Of a DNA stretch of 64,000 bases, positions 11,554 through 22,914 are shown one piece after another; the first letter of the stretch is position 1, and every line of letters begins with the position of its first letter. Position numbers and translations under genes: made by a program. Origin of the DNA: Squalus acanthias (taxonomy: Eukaryota); the NCBI GenBank assembly GCA_030390025.1, contig JASTWF010000034.1:4278001-4342000 (forward strand). The letters are read 5' to 3'. The notes below the pieces were generated by a model. It was given only the letters and a program-made list of their open reading frames with translations, was not told the DNA's origin and did not search any database.

Positions 11554-14500
11554 GGAGCAGTGAGCTGCAGGTTTAGTGGGCCAGGGAGCTGATGGTTTAG
11601 TGAGCAGTGAGCTGCTGGTTTAGTGGGGAGGTTAGCTGCTGGTTTAGTTGGCCGGTGAGCTGCTGGTTTAGTGGGCCAGGGAGCTGCTGGTTTAGTGGGG
11701 AGGTGAGCTGCTGGTTTAGTGGGTCGGTGAGCTGCTAGTTTATTGGGGAGGTGAGCTGCTGGTTTAGTTGGCCGGTGAGCTGCTGGTTTAGTGGGCCAGT
11801 GAGCTGCTGGTTTAGTGGGCCAGTGAGCTGCTGTTTTAGTGGGCCGGTGAGCTGCTGGTTTAGTGGGCCAGTGAGCTGCTGGTTTAGTGGGCCAGTGAGC
11901 TGCTGGTTTAGTGGGCCAGTGAGCTGCTGGTTTAGTGGGCCAGTGAGCTGCTGGTTTAGTGGGCCAGGGAGCTGCTGGTTTAGTGGGCCAGGGAGCTGCT
12001 GGTTTAGTGGGCCAGTGAGCTGCTGGTTTAGTGGGCCAGTGAGCTGCTGGTTTAGTGGGCCAGTGAGCTGCTGGTTTAGTGGGGAGGTGAGCTGCTGGTT
12101 TAGTTGGCCAGTGAGCTGCTGGTTTAGTGGGCCAGTGAGCTGCTGGTTTAGTGTGTCAGTGAGCTGCTGGTTTAGTGGGCCAGTGAGCTGCTGGTTTAGT
12201 GTGTCAGTGAGCTGCTGGTTTAGTGGGCCAGTGAGCTGCTGGTTTAGTGGCCCTGTGAGCTGCTGGTTTAGTGGGGTGGTGAGCTTCTGCTTTAGTGGGC
12301 CAGTGAGCTGCTGGTTTAGTGGGCCAGTGAGCTGCTGGTTTAGTGGGCCAGTGAGCTGCCAGTTTATTGGGACGGTGAGCTGCTGGTTTAGTGGGCCAGT
12401 GAGCTGCTGGTTTAGTGGGGCTGATGGTTTAGTGGGCCAGTGAGCTGCTGGTTCAGTGGGCCAGTGAGCTGTTCGTTTAGTGGGGAGGTGAGCTGCTGAT
12501 TTAGTGGGCCAGTGAGGTGCTGGTTTAGTGGGCTAGTGAGCTGCTGGTGTAGTGGGCCTGGGAGCTGCTGGTTTAGTGGGGAGGTGAGCTGATGGTTTAT
12601 TGGGCCAGTGAGCTGCTGGTTTAGTGGGCCAGTGAGCTGCTGGTCTAGTTGACCAGTGAGCTGCTGGTATATTGGGACGGTGAGCTGCTGGTTTAGTGGG
12701 CCAGTGAGCTGCTAGTTTAGTGGGGCTGATGGTTTAGTGGGCCAGTGAGCTGCTGGTTCAGTGGGCCAGTCAGTTGTTCGTTTAGTGGGCCAGTGAGCTG
12801 CTGGTTTAGTGGGGAGTTGAGCTGCTGGTTTAGTGGGCCAGTGAGCTGCTGGTTCAGTGGGACAGTGAGCTGCTAGTTTAGTGGGAAAGTGAGCTGCTGG
12901 TTTAGTGGGGAGCTGAGCTGCTGGTTGAGCGGGACAGTGAGCTGCTGGTTTATTGGGCCAGTGAGCTGCTGGTTTAGTTGGCCAGTGAGCTGCTTGTTTA
13001 GTGGGCCTGTGAGGTGCTGGTTTAGTGGGCCAGTGAGCTGCTGGTTTAGTGGGGAGGTGAGCTGCTGGTTTAGTGGGCCAGTGAGTTGCTGGTTTAGTGG
13101 GCCAGTGAGCTGCTGGTTTAGTGGGCCAGTGAGCTGCTGGTTTAGTGGGCCAGTGAGCTGCTGGTTTAGTGGGCCAGTGAGCTGCTGGTATAGTGTGGAG
13201 GTGAGCTGCTGGTTTAGTGGGCCAGTGAGTTGCTGGTTTAGTGGGCCAGTGAGCTGCTGGTTTAGTGGGCCAGTGAGCTGCTTGTTTAGTGGGCCAGTGA
13301 GCTGCTGGTTTAGTGCGGAGGTGAGCTGCAGGTTTAGTGGGCCAGTGAGCTGCTGATGTTGTGGGCCAGTGAGCTGCTGGTTTAGTGGGCCAGTGAGCTG
13401 CTGGTTCAGTGGGCCAGTGAGCTGCTGGTTTAGTGGGGAGGTGAGCTGCTGGTTTAGTGGGCCAGCGAGCTGCTAGTTTACTGTGGAGGTGAGCTGCTGG
13501 TTTAATGGGGAGTGCGCTGCTGGATTAGTGGGCCAGGGAGCTGCTGGTTTAGTGGGCCAGTGAGCTGCTTGTTTAGTGGGTCAGGTGAGCTGCTGGTTTA
13601 GTGGGCCAGTGAGCTGCTGGTTTAGTGGGCGAGTGACCTGCTTTTTTAGTGGTCCAGTGAGCTGCTGGTTTAGTGGGCCAGGGAGCTGCTGGTTTAGTGG
13701 CCAGGGAGCTGCTGGTTTATTGGGCCAGTGAGCTGCTGGTTTAGTGAGCCGGTGAGCTGCTGGTTTAGTGGTGAGGTGAGCTGTCGGTTTATTGGGCCAG
13801 TGTGCTGCTGGTTTGTGGGCCAGTGAGCTGCTGATTTAGTGGGCCAGTGAGCTGCCGGTTTAGTGGGCCAGTGAGCTTCTGGTTTAGTGGGTCATAGAGC
13901 TTCCGGTTTAGCGGGACAGTGACTGCTGGTTTAGTGAGCCAGTGAGCTGCTGGTTTAGTGGGCCAGTGAGCTGCTGGTTTAGTGGGGAGTTGAGCTGCTG
14001 GTTTAGTGTGCCAGTGAGCTGCTGGTTTAGTGGGCCAGTGAGATGCTGGTTTAGTGGGCCAGGGAGCTGCTGGTTTAGTGGGCCAGGGAGCTGCTGGTTT
14101 AGTGGGCTATTGAGCTGCCGGTTTAGCGGGACAGTGAGCTGCTGGTTTAGTGGGGCCAGTGAGCTGCTGGTTTAGTGATCCAGTGAGCTGCTGGTTTAGT
14201 TGGCCAGTGAGCTGCCGGTTTAGTGGGTCAGTGAGCTGCTGGTTTAGTGGGGCCAGTGAGCTGCTGGTTTAGTTGGCCGGTGAGCTGCCGGTTTAGTGGG
14301 TCAGTGAGCTGCTGGTTTAGTGGGGCCAGTGAGCTGCTGGTTTAGTGATCCAGTGAGCTGCTGGTTTAGTTGGCCAGTGAGCTGCTTGTTTAGTGGGCCA
14401 GTGAGCTGCCGGTTTATTGGGTCAGTGAGCTGCCGGTTTAGTGGGCCAGTGAGCTGCTGGTTTAGTGGGCCAGTGAGCTGCTGTTTTAGTGGGCCAGTGA

Positions 14501-15128
14501 GCTGCTGTTTTAGTGGGCCAGTGAGTTGCCAGTTTAGTGGGACAGTGACTGCTGGTTTAGCGGGACAGTGAGCTGCTGGTTTAGTGGACCAGGGAGCTGC
14601 TGGTTTAGTGGGCCAGCGAGCTGCTGGTTTACTGGGCCAGGGAGCTGCTGGTTTCGTGGGCCAGGGAGCTGCTGGTTTAGTGGGACAGGGAGCTGCTGGT
14701 TTAGTGGGCCAGGGAGCTGCTGGTTCAGTGGGGAGTTGAGCTGCTGGTTTAGTTGGCCAGGGAGCTGCTGGTTTAGTGGGCCAGTGAGCTGCTGGTTTAG
14801 TGGGCCAGTGAGCTGCTGTTTTAGTCGGGCAGTGAGCTGCTGGTTTAGTGGGCAAGTGAGCTGCTGGTTTAGTGGGCCAGTGAGCTGCTGGTTTAGTGGG
14901 CCAGTGAGCTGCTGGTTTAGTGGGCCAGTGAGCTGCTGGTTTAGTGGGCCAGTGAGCTGCTGGTTTAGTGGGCCAGTGAGCTGCTGGTTTAGTGGGCCAG
15001 TGAGCTGCTGGTTTAGTGGGCCAGTGAGCTGCTGGTTTAGTGGGCCAGTGAGCTGCTGGTTTAGTGGGCCAGTGAGCTGCTGGTTTAGTGGGCCAGTGAG
15101 CTGCTGGTTTAGTGGGGATGTGAGCTGT
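11554..15128. repeat. 24-bp G-rich tandem satellite/minisatellite
   Basis: Unit GTGAGCTGCTGGTTTAGTGGGCCA, roughly 150 copies. Yields (SCWFSGPV)n pseudo-ORFs. Confidence 0.98.
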
Positions 15129-15479
15129 TATTAGTCGTTGTGCTTGTCCATTAATCTCTGTTCGTGTTTTCGTTACTCTCCCACACAGGAGTGTTAATTA
15201 CCTGCTTCTGTAACCTTCAAACCCTGACAGCTTCCAATGTCCTTTACAGAAGGGACTAATTCTCTGGCCACACTCCCCAGCAGTCCTCCAGACACCCTGC
15301 TGGCATTAAATTCAATCTTCAAACTCACCCATGCTCGGCAGCAGATGTGTGTCTATCTGGAGTGTGTTTTAACCTAACTTAATCACTAGGTATTCGCGCT
15401 TAATATTGAAATAATTCTATATGTCAACCAGTGTATTCTATTTAATAATCTATACATACCAATACTTACAAGAACTTTT

Positions 15480-16182
15480 AAAATGTCTGCTGTCAGAGAG
15501 AATTTGCTGGTGTTTCAGCTGACTGGATGACCTTGTGAATCCCTTCACACACACGGAGCAGGTGAACGGATTCTCTCCACTGTGAACATGCTGGTGTTCA
15601 ATGAGGTGGGATGACTGAATCTCTTCCCACAGTAAAAGCAACTGAAAAGTCTCTCGTCAGTGTGAACTCGCTGGTGTTTCAGCAGACTGGATGACCGACT
15701 TAATCCCTTCCCACATACGGAGCGGGTCAACAGTCTCTCCCCAGTGTGACTGCGCTGATGAATTTGCATCTCAGATGGATAATTGAATCCCTTCTCACAG
15801 TCTCCACATTCCTACGGTTACTCCATGGTCTTTCTTTCTCTCCAGGTTGGACGATCGGTTGAAGCCTCGTCCACAAACAGAACACGTGTACGGTTTCTCC
15901 CCGCTGTGAATGGTGTGAAGTTTTTTCAGGCTGTGTAGCTGGCTACAGCTCTCTCCACAGTCAGTGCACAGGAACACTCTCGCTCAAGTGTGAATGGGTC
16001 TCGGTGCTTTCCCAGTCACAAGGTGTTTGAAATCCTTTCCCAAACACAAGAACAGAGAAAGATTTCTCCTTCCGCATTCAAAGACCGATGATATTCAGGT
16101 CCTGATGAATCGAGTGACTGTCAGATCCTGGCGTGATGTTTGGTTTGAGTTTCTTGTCTACAAATCCTCCCCTTCTAATACC
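15480..16182 (-). pseudogene. C2H2 zinc-finger gene, degenerate coding exon
   Basis: Finger and linker motifs split across frames ([46 protein letters not shown]), with frameshifts and lost Cys/His ligands. Acceptor-like CTCCTTTTTACAG ends at 16183 on minus. Confidence 0.88.
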
Positions 16183-16411
16183 CTGTAAAAAGGAGATTAC
16201 AAAAGTCATCACTCTAAGTACAGAACAGAAATTCAGAACAGACAATTCTAGTTTCTATGGAACAATCTTTCCTCTCTTGTTTCCCCCAAAAGTTGTAAAT
16301 TCCTGCCCCACACCCTCTCACTCTCCGTGCTGAAATCCTTACCCATTGCATCATATGTTTGCCCCTCTGCCACTCTCTCCCTGTCTCTGCTCGGCTCCAG
16401 TTCTACAGCCC

Positions 16412-16872
16412 CTGTGTGCGAGGAGTATGATGGAATACTCTCCACTTGCCTTGATGCGTACTGCTCCAACAACACTCAAGAAGCTCAACACCATCCAGGA
16501 CAAAGCAGCCCGCTATATTGACACACCATCCATCACCTTAAACATTCACTCACTTCACCACCGGCGTACCGTGGCAGCAGTGTGTACCATCTACAAAATG
16601 CACTGCATCAACTCGCCAAGGCTTCTTCGGCAGCATCTCCCAAACCTGCGACCTTTGCACCTAGAAGGACAAGGGCAGCAGGCGCATCGGAACACCACCA
16701 CCTCCAAGTTCCCCTCCAAGTCACACAATCCTGAATTGGAAGTATATCGCCGATCCTTCATCGTCGCCGAGTCAAAATCCTGGAACTCCCTCCCTGACAG
16801 CACAGTGGGAGTACCTTCACCACATGGACTGCAGCGGTTTAAGAAGGCGAATCACCACCACCTTCTCAAGGG
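16412..16872 (+). mobile_element. 3' fragment of CR1/L2-group LINE (same family as 30385-32043)
   Basis: RSMMEYSPLA...LKKLNTIQDKAAR...NIHSLHHRRTVAAVC. Colinear with about 31555-32010. Confidence 0.88.
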
Positions 16873-16899
16873 AATTAAAAAAGTGTTCCTGCTGCAGCT

Positions 16900-17460
16900 G
16901 CATTGGGAGAGAGGAGCGCATGCGCCCTGACCCCATACTGTCCAAGATGGCGGCGCGGGGCCAAGGCCCGCCTTCCTTCAGCAAGATGGCGGCCGGTTGC
17001 CTGGGTAACCCGGCCCTGTCGCCGAGGAGAAATCCTCTTACAAGATGGCGGACAGTCGCTCCGCTCACCCCGGCGGCCGGGCCTGGCGGCGCTGCGAAAA
17101 CACGGACCCTGCGGTATCTTATTCGGGGCCTGAGGCCTACGCCGGGTGTTTTTGAATCTTCCCAGTCCAGCCGCGGCGCCAATTCCTCCCCGGCCGCTAC
17201 AATCTCCTCCCGCCTCTTCAGCCGCTTGTTCGGCCATTAGTACAACAGGAAATACTCTGACGAAGGTCAAGACCTGAAACGTTCATTCTGCTTCTCTCTG
17301 CTGGATGCTGTGATTGTTGTCCGTCATTACTCCTGCACGTCACCACGCGCACTGCGCATGCTCGGAGCACCCCCCCCCCCTGCTTCGCGCCTGCGCACTG
17401 GGCTCCTGTAGTCATTGATCGGACACTTTCTACCGCGCGGGGGATCCTGGGTAAGCACAC
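16900..17460. promoter_or_regulatory. CpG-island promoter, probably of the ZNF gene and possibly bidirectional
   Basis: CpG-rich. Three YY1-type CAAGATGGCG (16943, 16982, 17041), NRF1-type GCGCATGCGC (16916) and TGCGCATGC (17353), ZNF143-like GACTACAggagCCCAGtgcGC on minus (17392-17413). Donor-like GGG/GTGAGC on minus at 17068 and CTGG/GTAAGC on plus near 17450. Confidence 0.7.
17250..17312 (+). mobile_element. Short Penelope-type 3' fragment with hammerhead core
   Basis: CTGACGAAGGTCAAGACCTGAAACGTT followed by TTCTCTCT..GGATGCTG, similar to 45823-45885. Confidence 0.65.
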
Positions 17461-17619
17461 CGCCATTGAAAGCTCCAATTGGTGAAGAGATCATTCACAT
17501 TTTCAGTTTGGGCCTTTGTTCACTACCTGTAGCGGGGTGACATTAAGTTCCCCTAGTGTCACCAGACGGGGACATTAAACCATTAAGGCAGTTGTCCCAG
17601 CGCACCACAAATGTCCAGT

Positions 17620-17725
17620 AACAGTTCTAAGGAAGGGCTCTCGACCCGAAACGTTGACTCTGTTTCTCTCTCCTCGATGCTGCCTGACCTGCTGAGTGTT
17701 TTCAACATGTTCTGTTGTTATTCCA
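17620..17725 (+). mobile_element. Penelope-type 3' fragment with degenerate hammerhead
   Basis: CAGTTCTAAGGAAGGGCTCTCGACCCGAAACGTTGACTCTGTTTCTCTCTCC...CTGCTGAG, homologous to 45822-45925. Confidence 0.8.
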
Positions 17726-19607
17726 GTAATAAGTATGTACAATACAGCCACACACACACACAAACAATAATTAAATCACAATGTGATTGTGAGGATCGAT
17801 TATCACCTCACTGACCTGCAGTGCCCTCTGGTCACGGAAGATATCGTACCTACCAGTGGACACTGCATGCACCCTCTCCAGGGCCACCTGGGCACGGACA
17901 AGACCGCGGAACTGAGGCAGGAAGCCAGAGACACCCTCGCACCCGATGGGCCCCGCCCACCCTGAACCTACAAATTGCTCTTTCAGCCAAGCCCAAGAGC
18001 AGGTCCAGGAGAAGATCCGACGCCTTACTCACCCCACTCTGCACCAGGCGGCCAAAGATTAGGAGCCTGGGGCTAAAATGTAACCAAAAGCTGAGGAGCT
18101 GCCACTTCAGGTAACGATACAGAGGCTGCAACCTCTCACACTGAAAATACATATGGCCCCTGGACTCGTCAAGGCCGTAAAAATCACGGCCGGAATTGTG
18201 CCTACCTGGGCAGGTCCGGTGGGGGATGTGGCCATGGCAGGTCGTGACCCGACTGCTGGCTCCAGCCCGCTGCTGAAATTAACTTTACGTTAATGGGGCA
18301 TATTGAGCCCGCCCAGTGCGTTACCCAGGACAATTAGACGGGTCTGGTCTGTTGACGTCATCGATGACGCGTTTTCAGCCGTGATCTTTAAAGGGGCCAC
18401 GGCCACATTGGATTTGAATGTCAATGTAACATAGTGCTGTCAGTGCACTACAGCATTGGAGTGCTGCAAACACTAACAATGACTGCACATATGCAGAGGG
18501 AGTCAAAGCATTCAGGGTGGTCCTCTTCTCTTCCAATGGACGGAAGAGACCTCTCCAGGACACCAAAACAGCCTGGTTGGAGATTGCAGAGGGGGTCACC
18601 AGCAGGGATGTTGTCAGGAAGACCTGGGTGCAGTGCCACAAACGTTTCAATAATCTCATTAGATCAGGAAATATGAGTACAAAGCTGCACTCACCTTCAT
18701 CTTGCTGTGACCCTCATCACACCCACATCACTCTGCCTTCCCAACTCTATCTCTGCACAGTGTTACACACAACAACATACCTTGCACGTCCACCCATCCC
18801 TCTCTTTTTATTTACATTATCTCACTAGCTCCAATAGAAATATCTGGAATCGCCGAGCAGCTGGAGTTGGGAGACGGAGCAAGTGGGACATCTCGGCAAC
18901 CTGGTGACAGAATTACATATCATAAAGCTACATGGCATACATCCGTCACTCATATGGGCACTCATCTCACTGAATGGTCATCGTGTGCATAATGATATCT
19001 GTACCCATTCTTCATATGACATATCCAACTCATATCTTCACTCTTCCACACGTCCATCAAGAGCTCCCCCCTCCACTGTCCAGGAGGAAGAGGAAGAGGA
19101 CTCCTCAGTGGAGCCTCCAGCCTCTGAGGGCGCACCATCACCAGACATAAGCTCACCCAACACAAGGGCAGACACGCAAACCTCGGTGAGTCCCACACGA
19201 GATAGAGTAGTGTTGTAACCTGGTGTCTCATAACTTACAAGTGTGCAAGAGCAGATGGTGGACACAGGGACAGCAGTGGAGACTCCTTGCCTTAGGGCGC
19301 AGGACGCTCCCAGCTCTGCTCAGCTGCATGCAGACGCTGAGCCTCGGGGGCCATCCAGAAAGAGGGCGATTCTGGAGGTGCAGCAAGAAGTGCAGGGGGG
19401 CTCTGACAGGTTTTACGAGCGCGATGACTACAAATGTTCAGAGAATGGTGGAGCCCATCTGCAACATGACCACCAGCATGTCACAGCCCATGGTGACTGT
19501 AGGCTCCTCCATGGATAGGATGGGCAGCTACATGGAGCAGCTAATGTGCCAGTCGGAGGAACACATGATCTTTATGGAGGATAGATGGCTATGTATAGAG
19601 AATAGAT

Positions 19608-20485
19608 AAAAATGAGAAGTCGCACAACACCAGGTTATAGTCCAACAGATTTATTTAAAATTACAAGCTTTCGGAGCTGTCGCCCCTTCCTCAGGTAGAG
19701 TTACTGTGAGACAATCTATCAGAATTCACAGAATATAAACACAGAGAAAATGCATTCAATCTTTCCCTACATCAAAGACACACTAAGAGCACAGCCAAGA
19801 CAATGAGATGTGTTCCAGGGGGTCCAATGTGTCAAAACACCTGCTGGCTGCATATCCTCTCCATTTGGGTTTGTTTATTGTGTTTGTTTTTTTAAAAAGC
19901 TGGAAAGACCGGCAACGATGTCAAGTCACGTTCTGTATCGTGACATGAACCCGATATCCCGATTGAGGCCATCCTCATGAGTGCGGAACTTGGCTATCAG
20001 TTTCTGCTCGATGATTTTGCGTTGTCGTGTATCCCGAAGGCCGCCTTGGAGAAGATAGCCAAGTTCCGCACTCATGAGGATGGCCTCAATCGGGATATCG
20101 GGTTCATGTCACGATACAGAACGTGACTTGACATCATTGCCGGTCTTTCCAGCTTTTTAAAAAAACAAACACAAGAAACAAACCCAAATGGAGAGGATAT
20201 GCAGCCAGCAGGTGTTTTGACACGTTGGACCCCCTGGGACACATCTCATTGTCTTGGCTGTGCTCTTAGTGTGTCTTTGATGTAGGGAAAGATTGAATGC
20301 ATTTTCTCTGTGTTTAGTTTCTGTGAATTCTAATAGATTGTCTCACAGTAACTCTACCTGAGGAAGGGGCGACAGCTCCGAAAGCTTGTAATTTTAAATA
20401 AATCTGTTGGACTATAACCTGGTGTTGTGCGACTTCTCATTTTTGTCCACCCAAGTCCAACGCCGGCATCTCCACATCATGACCA
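19608..20485. mobile_element. Penelope-like element: inverted pLTR pair with 3' tail and 13-bp TSD
   Basis: Arms 19608-19998 and 20054-20444 are reverse complements. They encode a GIY-YIG C-terminus (LQGGLRDTRQRKIIEQKLIAKFRTHEDGLNRDIGFMSRY). Tail 20445-20485. ATAGAGAATAGAT at 19595-19607 and 20486-20498. Confidence 0.92.
20355..20390 (+). ncRNA. Minimal type I hammerhead ribozyme (mirror copy 19662-19697 on minus)
   Basis: UAC-CUGAGGA-A-GGGGC-GACA-GCUCC-GAAA-GCUU-GUA: intact CUGANGA/GAAA core, 5-bp helix II, palindromic AGCU helix III, 3-bp helix I. Confidence 0.8.
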
Positions 20486-20691
20486 ATAGAGAATAGATGG
20501 CAGAGGCTCATAGACCTCCTCTCTAAGAGTGATGTCAGCATAGACGTGGGTCCTCATGGCCTCACTTCTGTGCAGCAAGGTGCTCTCCACCTCCTTGGCA
20601 GCAGGGAAGTGAGCAGGCTGCCTCTACCTCTGCTGAAGCCACAGGGCTAGCTCCTCGTAGATACATGCAGAAGAGAAAGATGACACACAAG

Positions 20692-21522
20692 TGTAAGATC
20701 TCTATGATCTCCCAGATGTCTTGGAGAAGACACCAATAGGAAGCGGCCAGTATATTTGAGCAATAGATCAAGATTTATTAAGCTTACAGCGTAATAGACT
20801 GAACAGCAGGCGATAGTTTAACGAGTAGCTCGCAGCCCTTGGACTCTGGAACCTCTCGGACACAAGTGACGTCGTCTTCAGTCCGTTCCTTTGTTCTTGC
20901 AGTAGGTCTGTGTAAAGTTGTTTTTCGAGTGTCAAGGTTTTAACCCATATGTTTTGGGCATTGTCCATATATGGCCTTTAACAAAATCACCTATTTTAAT
21001 AGGTTGTAATGGTCAAAACACCATTGTCACTCAGACTAATTTTAGCATCCTGGCCCCGCCTTTCCAGTATTTGTCCTACAACTTTACCCTGTTCATCGTC
21101 ATCTTGTTTATAGTTCTTCACCCCATTGGAATTTACCTCATCTCTCTCATTTCTAGCTTCCCTGGTACAGGCAGTACAAGGCCTCATAAGCTGCGTCAGC
21201 TGCGATACTGTCCGTTATCAGAGCTTCTCATGACTAGTCCTGGCTGTCTTTGCAGTTACATTTGGAGCAAGCCTCAGCAATTTATGCACAAGTCATTAAA
21301 GTTCACACTCAATATGGATATTTGGTTAATGTGAAGTTCACTATTCTACACTCACACTTATACATGTTATTACAAAAAACATCCAAGTATCAGTCTTTCG
21401 TACACAGGTATAATTCACAAGGGTAGCCACTTGGGTGTTTTATCGAATGTTTATATAAAGTTTCCGTTAATGTACTGTCAAACATCAAAATCCATATTTT
21501 CAACACTTTCCGGTCTTGGACA
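20692..21522 (-). mobile_element. Putative solo LTR (about 830 bp)
   Basis: TGTAAGA...TCTTGGACA ends, AATAAA on minus about 85 nt from the 3' end, non-coding and compositionally distinct from the flanks. No TSD found. Confidence 0.4.
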
Positions 21523-22371
21523 GGACTGTGTGCACCTTTGCAAGTGGATTAATGAGATGCAGTGAATGGTGAGACATAACGGTACCTCCAGCAATGGTGG
21601 TGAGTGTGAAAGGAACGGCTTGGTCATTGCAGGGATGCTTTACGGTGCTGCTGTGGGGTGGTGCCAACCTGGAGCATCATGTGGCAGCTGCAAGGGTGAA
21701 CAGCGTCAAGTTAAGTAAATCTCTCCATGGTGAGGCCAGCCCTGGTCTGCGGGACAGCAATGTGCTCGGGTGCTGATGCGCTCTGTCCTCTGCAGCATCA
21801 AGTGATTGCGGAGAAGGTTGGTGGTGTTGTTGTTGGTGCTGCTGGTGTGCCTGATGCTGCTGGTGTTGGGGCTCATCGTGGTCAGATTCTGAGGACCAAG
21901 GTGAGACAGTATAAACGGCATCCATGCTGATGGAATAGATGGCAGGTGAAGTAGAGATGACAGAAGCAATCTGTCAATAGTGAGAGAGATTCTCCCAATG
22001 AGGTGACACTGGATGGAGACTTTGCTGGAAAGGCTCTAACCTGCAGAATCTGTGCTGAGAATGCAGTGAGAAACAGCTTCTGCTGAGGAAAGTATCAGCT
22101 GTCAGGTTAGAGTTTTGCTATACATTTGATGCTGTCAAGTAATCAGCTGGAGTAATGGCAACCGAAATCCTGCCTCAGGTTGACAGATGTGGTTCCCGAG
22201 CAGCGTGTTTCCCATGTCCATCCAGTTAAATTTAAGGTTAAGGTTAAAGCCACTCTTAAAGGTCTGACAACCAGCTAATAATAATTTAAGTTGGCTCGCC
22301 CGCCTCTGCCTTTCAGGTCGGATCTCCGCTGATAGATACGCTTGGGGGATAGGCGCGTGGGAGCGGGATGA

Positions 22372-22772
22372 TAGCGAACACAGAGGCAAAATATTCATTT
22401 AAAACCTCACCTGCATCTTCCGGCTCTACACACAGATTGCCACTTTGGTCCCTAATGGGCACTACTCTTTCCCTGATTATCACGTGGCAGATGAAATTTA
22501 AAACAGAAAAGTGCGAAGTGGTGACGATAACTCTATGATACATTTTGGTAGGAAGAACGAGGAGATGCAAGAGAAACTAAAGGGTACAATTCTAAAGGGG
22601 GTGCAGGAACAAAGGGACCTGGGGGTATATATGCACAAATCATTAAAGGTATCAGGGCAGGTTTAGAAAGTGGTTAAAAAAGCTTTCGGGATCCTGGGCT
22701 TCATAAATAGAGGCATAGAGTTGAAAGCAAGGATGTTATGATGAACCTTTATCAAACCCTGGTTCGGCTCAG
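22372..22772. mobile_element. CR1 LINE fragments (minus about 22372-22480, plus about 22485-22772)
   Basis: IRERVVPIRDQSGNLCVEPEDAGEVLNEYFASVF on minus. WQMKFKTEKCEV...QEQRDLGVYMHKSLKV on plus. Confidence 0.8.
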
Positions 22773-22774
22773 TC

Positions 22775-22900
22775 TCTCGGAGCCGCACTGCGCATGCTCT
22801 GCGCACTAAGGCGATCTCTTGGGGCTCTGCCCTCCCCGCGCCTGCGCGCCTTCTGATGCAGATAGGCCTTATTCTGCCGCGCAGAGCACTCTGGGTAGTA
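22775..22900. promoter_or_regulatory. Second NRF1-type CpG promoter module, paralogous to 17345-17455
   Basis: Shares CGCACTGCGCATGCTC (16/16), CGCGCCTGCGC and TTCTRCCGCGC...CTGGGTA, in the same order. Confidence 0.55.
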
Positions 22901-22914
22901 TAATCCACCATTTG

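Larger units (their letters stand above)
18188..22370 (+). mobile_element. Degenerate PIF/Harbinger-like DNA transposon remnant with Myb/SANT-like gene, interrupted by two insertions; boundaries approximate
   Basis: 18517-18670 encodes VLFSSNGRKRPLQDTKTAWLEIAEGVTSRDVVRKTWVQCHKRFNNL (Myb/SANT-like, the second ORF of Harbinger elements). An acidic, low-complexity exon follows from about 19084. GC-rich subterminal regions. No DDE transposase core recognised. Confidence 0.6.

Noticed and set aside
11018..11563. 181-aa ORF
   Set aside because: Almost entirely N gap.
11751..15134. (SCWFSGPV)n and (TKPAAHWP)n repeat proteins
   Set aside because: A 24-bp stop-free unit gives open frames on both strands, with scattered indels and no gene structure.
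16817..17478. Overlapping Arg/Gly/Pro-rich ORFs
   Set aside because: Expected in a GC-rich CpG island, with no recognisable domain.
17780..18191. GC-rich segment ending GTAAAAATCACGGCC, possibly another non-autonomous DNA transposon
   Set aside because: No matching left terminus, TSD or coding similarity could be identified by eye.
19608..20444. DNA transposon with long TIRs
   Set aside because: The arms encode a GIY-YIG C-terminus and a hammerhead and have a one-sided tail, which fits Penelope pLTRs.
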